A stretch of DNA of 64,000 nucleotides from Auanema rhodensis (lineage: Eukaryota > Animalia > Nematoda). The stretch covers positions 9,734,001 to 9,798,000 of the forward strand of contig OZ059895.1 in the NCBI GenBank assembly GCA_964057225.1, in the 5' to 3' direction. The notes under the pieces were generated by a model. That model worked only from the letters and a program-made list of their open reading frames with translations, did no database searches and was not told the DNA's origin. The position numbers were made by a program, and so were the translations under genes. This document shows positions 11,069 to 19,007 of this stretch, piece after piece. Numbering within the stretch: the stretch's first letter is position 1; each line of letters starts with the position of its first letter.

Positions 11069-11521
11069 TTAACTGTGAAACGACCGCTCACGAGTGATGC
11101 ACAACCGCTTATGAGGTTTTGTGGTTTTGCGTCGTCGCCGTTTGCCCAAGCCGGTAAGATCTCGTATAGCTTGTCGGCCGGCTGTTTTAAGAGTTTCCTT
11201 GATATTATCGCCTTTCAGCACCCCATCGACAATTTCATTACCAGTTTTCAGCAACTGTCCGCCAAGAGGTGAATTTACAACTGGACTATTGCTTACAGCA
11301 CTGGATAAGGCGTTTCTTCCGGCATTGATGAGATTTTGGGCTATAGGTGATTGAATGATGCGTGGTAGAAATGATGCCAAAGTTGCCAAAATACCACCCA
11401 AACCATGACCTCTCTGCATTCCACGTTGAAACATCATTCCGCTAAATGGGGCGCCACCCATTTGTTGATTTAAAAGTGTTGTCCATTGAATAGAGTTGAC
11501 ATCCAAAAGGAGGTGCGGCAT
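11069..11521 (-). CDS. Small basic core/membrane-active virion protein precursor (~150 aa from ATG 11521)
   Basis: QMGG and QRGHGLGG protease-site-like motifs followed by an amphipathic segment; C-terminal GLGKRRRRKTTKPHKR; stop abuts the MCP start codon. Confidence 0.75.
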   Translation of the reverse strand: MPHLLLDVNSIQWTTLLNQQMGGAPFSGMMFQRGMQRGHGLGGILATLASFLPRIIQSPIAQNLINAGRNALSSAVSNSPVVNSPLGGQLLKTGNEIVDGVLKGDNIKETLKTAGRQAIRDLTGLGKRRRRKTTKPHKRLCITRERSFHS

Positions 11522-11572
11522 ATCGAACCGCACGCGCGCAATACAAAAGTTACACTAGATCATTCTACTAAA
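11522..11572. promoter_or_regulatory. Putative compact bidirectional promoter between the core/MCP and protease units
   Basis: Divergent ATGs 51 nt apart; local CG cluster CCGCACGCGCGC; positional inference only. Confidence 0.35.
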
Positions 11573-12028
11573 ATGTATTCGTCTGAAATAGTATCACTAT
11601 TGCAATCTGTCCCCAGCACTCGGAAACTATTCCTCGGTGTATATAGCGCTGATACTCTACCCAAAACGCGTCGTAAAAACTTTGCACTTGTCGTAAATAC
11701 TGACACACATGATAAACCAGGCACACATTGGCAGGTCATCTTTGTCCGTAACAAGCAAGCCTATTTTTTCTGTAGCTTGGGATATAAAATGAACAAGTAC
11801 ATTCAAAATTATCTGGCCAAATATAAAAAGGTAAAAATTAATACTTGCAAACCACAACGTTTAATTGAATACACTTGTGGTGGCTATGTGGTCTTTGTAA
11901 TACTAATGTTGTCGGCTGGTAATTCATTTGAAAGCATTTGTTCATTTTTTAAACTATTGAAAAATGATGATGTCTTTATTAAAGCGTTTATGCATAAAGT
12001 ATTCGACTATAAATTGGCTACTATATAA
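11573..12028 (+). CDS. Adenain-like (C5/Ulp1-fold) cysteine maturation protease, ~151 aa
   Basis: FLGVYSADTLP, VVNTD...PGTHW (His), YFFCSLG, Q.....TCGGY (Gln/Cys); ATG 11573 preferred over the upstream TTG. Confidence 0.9.
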   Translation: MYSSEIVSLLQSVPSTRKLFLGVYSADTLPKTRRKNFALVVNTDTHDKPGTHWQVIFVRNKQAYFFCSLGYKMNKYIQNYLAKYKKVKINTCKPQRLIEYTCGGYVVFVILMLSAGNSFESICSFFKLLKNDDVFIKAFMHKVFDYKLATI

Positions 12029-12069
12029 GAAATTTGTCATTAATAACCTGCTACATTACGTGGTCAGTT

Positions 12070-12240
12070 ATGAATATTCCTTGTCACTGTGAATTATGTG
12101 TCAAATACACGTTGGAGCAATCTAAACCAGCGCCTTTATACAGGAGAATGTTGAAATGTATTTCAGTGCCATTTATTAAAGGTATAGCATTGGGATTGGG
12201 CTTTTGTACAACACTAGTCATATTATTGCTCATTATATAA
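12070..12240 (+). CDS. Small putative membrane protein (56 aa), N-terminal CHCELC, C-terminal hydrophobic helix
   Basis: Fills the gap between the protease and ZnF genes; ends FIKGIALGLGFCTTLVILLLII. Confidence 0.5.
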   Translation: MNIPCHCELCVKYTLEQSKPAPLYRRMLKCISVPFIKGIALGLGFCTTLVILLLII

Positions 12241-12281
12241 AAGTGGGTTGATTGCGTGTGGTCGTTTTTCATTTTCCTCTA

Positions 12282-12746
12282 ATGGAACTTTTATGTAACA
12301 AATATTGTGGTACATGCAAGGAAATATTTTCTTCAACCAAGCATTTTAGTGATCACGTTTTGAAAAGGCATGCAGGGATTCAACCCATATGTAACAATTA
12401 TATCAGCAATGCTGACTTTATTCAAAAATATGGACATTTGGATGGTGTTCGTAGACGTTTGTGCCCTCATTGTAGTGAAACTTTTGGAACAAGATTCAAT
12501 TGTGAGCGTCATATTCGGCGTATTCATAATAATAATGGAACGAATGGTGAAGATGGTGATGGAAATGATACCAGCAAACCCTTTGAAAAAGCTGAGGAGT
12601 TTGTACATTCAACCCAATCAAAAAGATGCCGCAGCAATAGTGACGGAGAACATTCACAACACGAGCCGAGCGACAAACAAAACTGCCCTAAACTATCTTT
12701 TAAACCTTCGAAAATAAAAATGTGGTATTGTATAACTGTTGAATAA
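12282..12746 (+). CDS. C2H2 zinc-finger protein (2 fingers), ~154 aa
   Basis: CGTCKEIFSSTKHFSDHVLKRH and CPHCSETFGTRFNCERHIRRIH. Confidence 0.85.
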   Translation: MELLCNKYCGTCKEIFSSTKHFSDHVLKRHAGIQPICNNYISNADFIQKYGHLDGVRRRLCPHCSETFGTRFNCERHIRRIHNNNGTNGEDGDGNDTSKPFEKAEEFVHSTQSKRCRSNSDGEHSQHEPSDKQNCPKLSFKPSKIKMWYCITVE

Positions 12747-12751
12747 AACGT

Positions 12752-13609
12752 TTATTTCATATTTTTAACATGTAATGTAACAACTGTAGAACCATAATTA
12801 AATTGCATAGGACGACCAAATTCATCTAAAATTTCAATACGTATGGTATCGAGTGTTTGTCTAGTGATTGGTACATAACGAATAGGATTAAATGTTTTGG
12901 CAATCATTTTACCAAATTCAGTAGGAGGTGGTACAGGTAAACATGCAAGTAAATTAGCTTTCACATTCCCAAGAATGGAATATTCTACAATATCACAATA
13001 TATATACATTGTATTAATGTTATTTGAAAAATCAATGGGACGCCTGGCTATTATTGTATCGTTGATGTTTTTATTTTCAAAACCAAGAAAATATGCAAAA
13101 TCATCACCAAGCGTTGCATTCATTAATAATCGCTTGCTTGTTACAAACTCTATGCGCTGCAATGTTTTGTTAAACTGAAATGTGGCATCTGCGAGCATTT
13201 CCTCCACTAGCTTAGCCTCAGCCTGGCGATTATTATACCATTTTTTTACATCTTCATCTTTATCTATTAAACTTTTTATACGTGCTTCTTCCTCAGCTCC
13301 AAGAGGCTTTGTATTGTTGGCGATAAATGATTCTCTTCCAGCATTGATTCCGCGTATTATTTCATCACCATTTGCATAGTTGCCTTTAGGCAAGTGCAGA
13401 ATAAATTTTCTATTGGAAAAACGTAGTGTATAAGATAAATCTTTTTGAACATTTAATATAGAACAAGGAAAAATGATGTCTGTCAGCCCAATACAATACC
13501 TATTATTGCGTAGCCTTAGTGTTTCAGGTAATCTGGTAAGAAACACTGATGATGTATTACTTTTTTCAGAGTCAACTGATGATGGAAGAGTAATGTAAAA
13601 ATCATCCAT
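12752..13609 (-). CDS. Minor capsid (penton, single jelly-roll; Polinton PX), 285 aa
   Basis: N-terminal FYITLPS..NTSSVF.T.LP..L.L...Y.IGL..I.FP; C-terminal MYIYCDIVE.S.LG...LL, P.RYVP, I.IEI.DEFG....F..G..VVTLH. Confidence 0.9.
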   Translation of the reverse strand: MDDFYITLPSSVDSEKSNTSSVFLTRLPETLRLRNNRYCIGLTDIIFPCSILNVQKDLSYTLRFSNRKFILHLPKGNYANGDEIIRGINAGRESFIANNTKPLGAEEEARIKSLIDKDEDVKKWYNNRQAEAKLVEEMLADATFQFNKTLQRIEFVTSKRLLMNATLGDDFAYFLGFENKNINDTIIARRPIDFSNNINTMYIYCDIVEYSILGNVKANLLACLPVPPPTEFGKMIAKTFNPIRYVPITRQTLDTIRIEILDEFGRPMQFNYGSTVVTLHVKNMK

Positions 13610-13688
13610 GACAAACCACCACTTGATACGTGTACACTATTGCAAATGAAATCATTTGCATTTTAGGTACATTTACGAGTGGTTGATT
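13610..13688. promoter_or_regulatory. Putative bidirectional promoter between the penton and ATPase units
   Basis: Divergent ATGs 79 nt apart; contains the inverted repeat TGCAAATGA-AA-TCATTTGCA and a TTTTAG acceptor-like site upstream of the ATPase ATG. Confidence 0.35.
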
Positions 13689-14336
13689 ATGGTTTTCAGC
13701 TTCAAACTACCCAGTCAGACAACTGTAATAGGTGCTACCCAATGCGGTAAAACAACCCTCATAAAGCACATATGTGAAAATACTGAAAAGTTTTTCAACG
13801 TCCCCATTGATAGAATATTCTGGTTCAGTCAATGTGGGTCATCGTCAGGTGTACCAATAAATGATGAGCGTTTAATAATTATTCAAGGGCCTCCTGATCC
13901 TGATTTGATAAAAGAACAAAAGGGAGTAAATACTATACTAGTGCTGGATGATTTGATGAACTTTTTTTCATCGAATAAAGCAGCAAAGGAATTACTCAAC
14001 AACATTTTTACAGTATGGGCTCATCACTGGAATTTGGCAGTGTTTAATCTTGTGCAAGCGGCATTTCAACTGGACAGGACCAGTCGAATCAATAGTACAT
14101 ATATAATACTGATGAAAAGTCATTCAGATATATTACAAATACGTAATTGTCTGCAGCAATTATTTGGGCCACGTTTCAAAAATGCTCTAGAGGCGTATGA
14201 TGATGCAATGTCTACTCCCTATAGTCATTTACTGATTGACAATCATCCTTTAACAAGTGAGAAGCAGCGTATACTATCTGATATAACAGCGGAGAACCCT
14301 ATTGTTTATGTTGCCAGAAATGTGTTTAGTGTTTAA
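13689..14336 (+). CDS. A32-like (FtsK/HerA superfamily) genome-packaging ATPase, ~215 aa
   Basis: Walker A GATQCGKTT, Walker B ILVLDD, AHH.N...LVQ, RINSTY, PYSHLLID. Confidence 0.92.
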   Translation: MVFSFKLPSQTTVIGATQCGKTTLIKHICENTEKFFNVPIDRIFWFSQCGSSSGVPINDERLIIIQGPPDPDLIKEQKGVNTILVLDDLMNFFSSNKAAKELLNNIFTVWAHHWNLAVFNLVQAAFQLDRTSRINSTYIILMKSHSDILQIRNCLQQLFGPRFKNALEAYDDAMSTPYSHLLIDNHPLTSEKQRILSDITAENPIVYVARNVFSV

Positions 14337-14348
14337 AGTGCTTGTTCA

Positions 14349-14657
14349 ATGAGTGGTCGTATTTTGTCAAATTTCAACTTTTTGTCTTCTTGCGCCAAAA
14401 CTCCTTGTTCTGTTTCCTCATTTTCTTTTGCACAAATTGAAATTATTGTTGAAATTGTATTTAATATTGTGAAAAATAATAATTTTCTTTTAACTAACAA
14501 GGAATATAAAACCCTCTTGCCCATATCTTCATTATTACGTCAAATAGCTTTGATACGCACACCGGAAAAGGCTAAATCATTATTGGCAACGCTTTCACAC
14601 AAACAATTGAAAACAATAGTTACATGTGGTATTGCCTATTTTGGTTTTAAATCATGA
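14349..14657 (+). CDS. Conserved small Maverick protein (PW-like), 102 aa
   Basis: EIVFNIVKNN..LT resembles the E...N.L.GN..L motif of small Polinton ORFs; ATGA overlap with next gene. Confidence 0.6.
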   Translation: MSGRILSNFNFLSSCAKTPCSVSSFSFAQIEIIVEIVFNIVKNNNFLLTNKEYKTLLPISSLLRQIALIRTPEKAKSLLATLSHKQLKTIVTCGIAYFGFKS

Positions 14658-15364
14658 AGCTCAACCATAAATATCGACTAATTCCTGTCGACGAGGAAAC
14701 AATTAATATAGACAAGTTTGATGCAGAGCTCAAGCTTTTACGAGAAAATAGAGCTATACCCGACTATAAAAAGGCTGAACTATACGAAGACTTGATTGCT
14801 CGTCTCAAAAACTATAGAGAAAGTATAGATGCGCCCATATCAGTACAAGTGGAAAATGCTGATCCACCTCTATTGCCAGAATACAAGTTGCCAAGAAAGT
14901 ATAACAATTTGTGGGAGAAATTTCCGCGCACAAACAAGAATAACCAACTTGTGATTAATAATGAGGCTGTACCAAACACGAATATTACAAAAATTTTAGA
15001 TTTTGTATTGGATAAAACAAAAACGGAACCCAATGGATTTTCAGTCTTGTCAAAGTTTTTAGCCAGTAAAGGTGTACCTAGTTCTAACAAGAAACAAACT
15101 AGAAGAGAGTCGGCTGACAATGATTCAGTTGACGTTGTAACTAGAGCTGAACCGGCTGTTACAGACTTGGACTCTACTATATTACCTAGAACGCCTCGTC
15201 ATCGTAAAGCTGTTATTAGATATTCACCATCACCGGTTCGTACACTCAAAAGTAAAAGGTCAAAGACTTTTGATACTGCCGCCGAATCATATTACACACC
15301 ACAAGAAGGAGACTCACAGAATGGCCAAGGTCGTAAAAGGTTCTACATTAGATTATGGAAATGA
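14654..15364 (+). CDS. Conserved Maverick protein of unknown function (PZ-like), 236 aa
   Basis: KYRLIP, D.EL..L.....PD..K..LY..L, INNEAVPNTNI..ILD, P.GF; basic SP/TP-rich tail ending QNGQGRKRFYIRLWK. Confidence 0.7.
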   Translation: MKLNHKYRLIPVDEETINIDKFDAELKLLRENRAIPDYKKAELYEDLIARLKNYRESIDAPISVQVENADPPLLPEYKLPRKYNNLWEKFPRTNKNNQLVINNEAVPNTNITKILDFVLDKTKTEPNGFSVLSKFLASKGVPSSNKKQTRRESADNDSVDVVTRAEPAVTDLDSTILPRTPRHRKAVIRYSPSPVRTLKSKRSKTFDTAAESYYTPQEGDSQNGQGRKRFYIRLWK

Positions 15365-16388
15365 TATTTTGGCGAGCATTTATTACGATATAAAACATCC
15401 AGCTTCATATACATCAGCCAAGAATTTATTATCGCAAGCACGAAAACATGGCATTTCAAAGGTACAAGTTGATGATTTTTTGCAAGATTCTGAAACTTTT
15501 ACACGACATAAACCAACCAGAATGCGTATGCAGACTAGAAAGACTAGAGGATGTGGTCGATTTCTAACAGTGCAAGCAGATTTGGTTGATATGCAAAAAT
15601 ATAAAAAATTAAACGACGGCTATGCTTACATGTTGACCATGATTGATGTTTATACACGCATGTTATATGTTAGGCCTTTGAAAACTAAAGGTGGTATAGA
15701 GGTTGCTAGTGCATTTGAAAATTTATTCAAGAATTTTATACCAATTCAGTTGATTACTGATAATGGCACAGAGTTTTATAATAGTCATTGTGAAAAACTA
15801 TTCAAAAAGTTTGCCATACTGCACGGATCTACAAGTTCACCTCAAAAGGCTGCAATGGTGGAGCGAGCAAATAGAACTTTAAAAACACGCATGATGAAAT
15901 ATCTCTATTACAAGAATAATCATCGTTGGATTGATATCCTAGATGATTTGGTTGAAGGAATAAACAAATCTTATAACCGCTCCATAAAAATGCGGCCCAT
16001 TGATGTTAAAGCAAATATATTCATTGAAGAATATGCATCAGCTGTTAAAAGCCGCTTTAAAATTGGTGATACTGTTCGCATAAGCAAAAATAGGCGTACT
16101 TTTGAAAAAAGCTACGAGTCTGGATATACAATGGAGCTATTCACAATTGATGAGGTTGTAACCGGAAACCCAACCGTGTATAAACTTGTAGATTATAATG
16201 GTGAACGTATAAAGGGAATATTCTACGAACCTGAACTTGTCTTGGCTACTAATAAAAGCAACCAGTACTATATAGAAAAAGTTTTAAAAGAGCGTACTCG
16301 AAGCGGTAAACGTCAAGTATTTGTAAAATGGAGTGGATACCCCGACAACTTTAATGAATGGATAGATGCAGAAAATTTAAATGTATAA
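15321..16388 (+). CDS. Retroviral-like (RVE) DDE integrase with C-terminal chromodomain, ~355 aa
   Basis: IYYD..HPASY, QADLVDM (D), ITDNGTEF (D), MVERANRTLK (E), FKIGDTVRI, FY..EL, chromodomain YYIEKVL...VKWSGYPDNFNEWI. Confidence 0.95.
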   Translation: MAKVVKGSTLDYGNDILASIYYDIKHPASYTSAKNLLSQARKHGISKVQVDDFLQDSETFTRHKPTRMRMQTRKTRGCGRFLTVQADLVDMQKYKKLNDGYAYMLTMIDVYTRMLYVRPLKTKGGIEVASAFENLFKNFIPIQLITDNGTEFYNSHCEKLFKKFAILHGSTSSPQKAAMVERANRTLKTRMMKYLYYKNNHRWIDILDDLVEGINKSYNRSIKMRPIDVKANIFIEEYASAVKSRFKIGDTVRISKNRRTFEKSYESGYTMELFTIDEVVTGNPTVYKLVDYNGERIKGIFYEPELVLATNKSNQYYIEKVLKERTRSGKRQVFVKWSGYPDNFNEWIDAENLNV

Positions 16389-16683
16389 TTTTTCAATGTT
16401 ATAAACAATTGTAATTATAATAAATGATTTATTTGATATATCGCATAATGTAACAATAAAAAACCAGCAAAATACAAACAACAATTCAACCTGGAAAAAA
16501 AAAATGTAGACTATTCAAATTTTCAAATTCTTACCAGTTGGTTGATCATTCGTCCTCAATTGATGAGCCATTGATGGATATTCGCAAGAGCTGGAAAAAA
16601 AAAATGTTACGGCTGAGAATATAAAAATGCCACATAACAAAACAAGAATAAAACGCCAATTGTACTATTTGTGCTTGTTGTAG

Positions 16684-17268
16684 TCAAAATGAAGGATCAA
16701 AGCGGATAAACATGTTCAGGTTGAGTGCTTCTGGACTTAGTTTAAAGTAGAATACATTCTGCTTATAACCAAAAGTCTTTATAGTAGCCTCATCTGCATA
16801 TATAACAATATAGCCCATATTGTTCAACAATTGCTTGCACGTCATGGTGTTATAAGAGCGCATCTAAAAAATGATAAAATTGAAAATAAATAAATATGCA
16901 AGCTTACATTAATAGAGAACTTTTCGGGCTTATAGTGACAAAACTCCTTCAAAAGACCCAACGCATCATTCCTTCCTCTACACTTTATACAGAGGCTGAA
17001 ACAGTGATACTCGTCTATAACCTGCAATGATTCCCTACAAGTTTTGCAGAGACAAATTGGTCTCATTAATACACTCCTTGGTGGAGTGCTCTCTCTCAGA
17101 ATCTCCATCTGCTTTATTGGTGAATCTAAATTAAAGATTTAATAAATACAAGTTAAGGTTCATACCAAAACTTGTAAAATTTGGAGCTGGTGTGGGTGGT
17201 CGTGGTACTTCAGGTTCAGGCGATTTGCGCACAACATTTGTCACATCAGCAAGTACAGCACGCTTCAT
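16684..17268 (-). CDS. Spliced accessory protein, predicted 166 aa (exons 17268-17166, 17125-16908, 16863-16684): D-box, Pro-rich/CDK sites, Cys4 finger
   Basis: GTATG..TTTAG (40 nt) and GTAAG..TTTTAG (44 nt) introns join in frame: MKRAVLADVTNVVRKSPEPEVPRPPTPAPNFTSFDSPIKQMEILRESTPPRSVLMRPICLCKTC...CFSLCIKC...; the 3' end is less certain. Confidence 0.7.
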
Positions 17269-17890
17269 TTCCGCTAAAGATCCAACTTTCTAAAATATAA
17301 GGCAAACTTGCAGAGAGGAGCAGTCTATGGCGATTGGCAAAGAGTGGCAGGAGATGGTGAAACGTCGGATCCTCGGATAGTTGGCAGAGCTGAAATGTAA
17401 ATGTAGCAAAATTGCCAACCTTTTATACAAAGATTTTTGTAAAGTACAACCCATTGTGTTACAATCAAGTTTGCTGATGAAATTCTTTTATTAATTAGAT
17501 TTTACAGCATATTTATGCAGATATACTCATCTCGTCGACAGTTGCCAGCAGTTGGCGCACTCTGAACCTGTAAACAATCTGCATATTAATTAGTTTTTAC
17601 ATCTCTTTAAACATTATTGTTTACCGTTTGTGCCATAAACAACAGCCATCTCTGTAAAACATTTAGGCTTTTTAAACTTTGCTTAATAGCTCATATATTA
17701 TTCATAGTATACTTTTACACCCATATTGTAGCACAAAACATATGACTGCCAACGTTTTATATGTAAAAATATTTCATTCTTGAATATTTAATAATGGTTA
17801 TATTACGAAACTAAAACTTTTGAAATGTTAAAATGATTATACTATATTTAAACCCCCACAGTGCAGTTATTACTGTTTATTAACCATCGA

Positions 17891-18958
17891 TATGCGTGGC
17901 GTTGAGGTCAGCGCAACTGTTTCTTAATCTTATTGTATTTACCTTCAATGTGTGCTCTATTTAGTTATTGTATTGTTATATTAGTAAAATAAAGTTTAAA
18001 ACTAATCTTTTATTATAATTTGAAACCTTTACTTGTTAGAATAAATATAATTAATAACAATTTGTAATTTCAAAAATTAATAATTTAATGTCATTCTTAT
18101 CGAATTAACCTTCGATATGTGTTCCATTGAATTTTGGTATTTCATATCGTTCTTATCGAATTAACTTTCGATATGTGTTCCATTAAATTTTGGTATTTCA
18201 TATCGTTCTTATCGAATTAACTTTCGATATGTGTTCCATTAAATTTTGGTATTTCATATCGTTCTTATCGAATTAACTTTCGATATGTGTTCCATTGAAT
18301 TACCCATAACAAGTACGGTGAACAAAATTATCTACATGCAAAAATTTTATTGATCTTTAAAATAAAAACAATACAAACACAATACAATAAAAAATAATCA
18401 AAATAAGTAAACAAACATTATTAATAAATATAATAAAGAAATAAATAAAATTTAAAAACAAATTTATATATTTAAAATTTAAATATAATTTATATATAAA
18501 ATTTAAAGTTTAAATATAATTTATATATATAAAATTTAAATATAATTTAAATAATTAAAGTTTAAATAAAATTTATATATATATAAAATTTAAATATAAT
18601 TTAAATATTTAAAATTAAGATTTTTATTTTTACTTAATATATTTAAAAATAATTGAAAATATATACATACATTTGAAAAAGCATATTTAAGTTTGATTTT
18701 AAAAAAAAAAAAAAAATTTAAAAAAAAAATCAAAAAAAAAAAAAAATCATGCTTTAAATCATGACTTTTATATTTAAAAAAGGAAAATCCATGAACCATG
18801 ATCCTAAAATATGTTTTTGACAGCTGACGCGCCCCAAAAATATGTTTTTGACAGCTGACGCGCCCCAAAAGTATGTTTTTAGCAGCTGACGCCCCCAAAA
18901 GTATGTTTTTGACAGCTGTTTGGGGGCGTGGTTAGTAAATTTTGCACGGCTCTCTACT
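17891..18958 (-). repeat. Right terminal inverted repeat (~1.07 kb)
   Basis: Reverse complement of left TIR, with indels in A/T homopolymer and AT-only tracts. Confidence 0.95.
18085..18301 (-). repeat. 56 bp tandem repeat x4 within the right TIR
   Basis: GTTCCA at 18121, 18177, 18233, 18289; reverse complement of the left-TIR repeat. Confidence 0.93.
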
Positions 18959-18964
18959 AATATC
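18959..18964 (+). repeat. Target-site duplication, right copy (AATATC)
   Basis: Directly follows terminal ...CTCTCTACT; satellite resumes in register. Confidence 0.95.
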
Positions 18965-18974
18965 AGATATTTTC

Positions 18975-19007
18975 GCTTACGACCATACCACGTTGAAAGT
19001 ACGCCAT
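18975..19007 (+). pseudogene. Truncated 5S rRNA 5' fragment immediately downstream of the Maverick insertion
   Basis: Same 33-nt sequence, starting 10 nt after the right TSD. Confidence 0.85.

Larger units (their letters stand above)
3146..18958 (+). mobile_element. Complete Maverick/Polinton (endogenous polintovirus), 15,813 bp
   Basis: Ends AGTAGAGAGCCGTGC...GCACGGCTCTCTACT; ~1 kb TIRs; 6-bp TSD AATATC; encodes pPolB, RVE integrase, ATPase, protease, major and minor capsid proteins. Confidence 0.98.

Noticed and set aside
11075-15120. Short antisense/alternate-frame ORFs overlapping core, protease, ZnF, penton, PW-like and PZ-like genes
   Set aside because: No motifs; fully explained as shadows of well-supported genes
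16684-17268. LxCxE Rb-binding motif in the accessory protein
   Set aside because: Looked for by analogy with E1A/E7; not present in the predicted sequence
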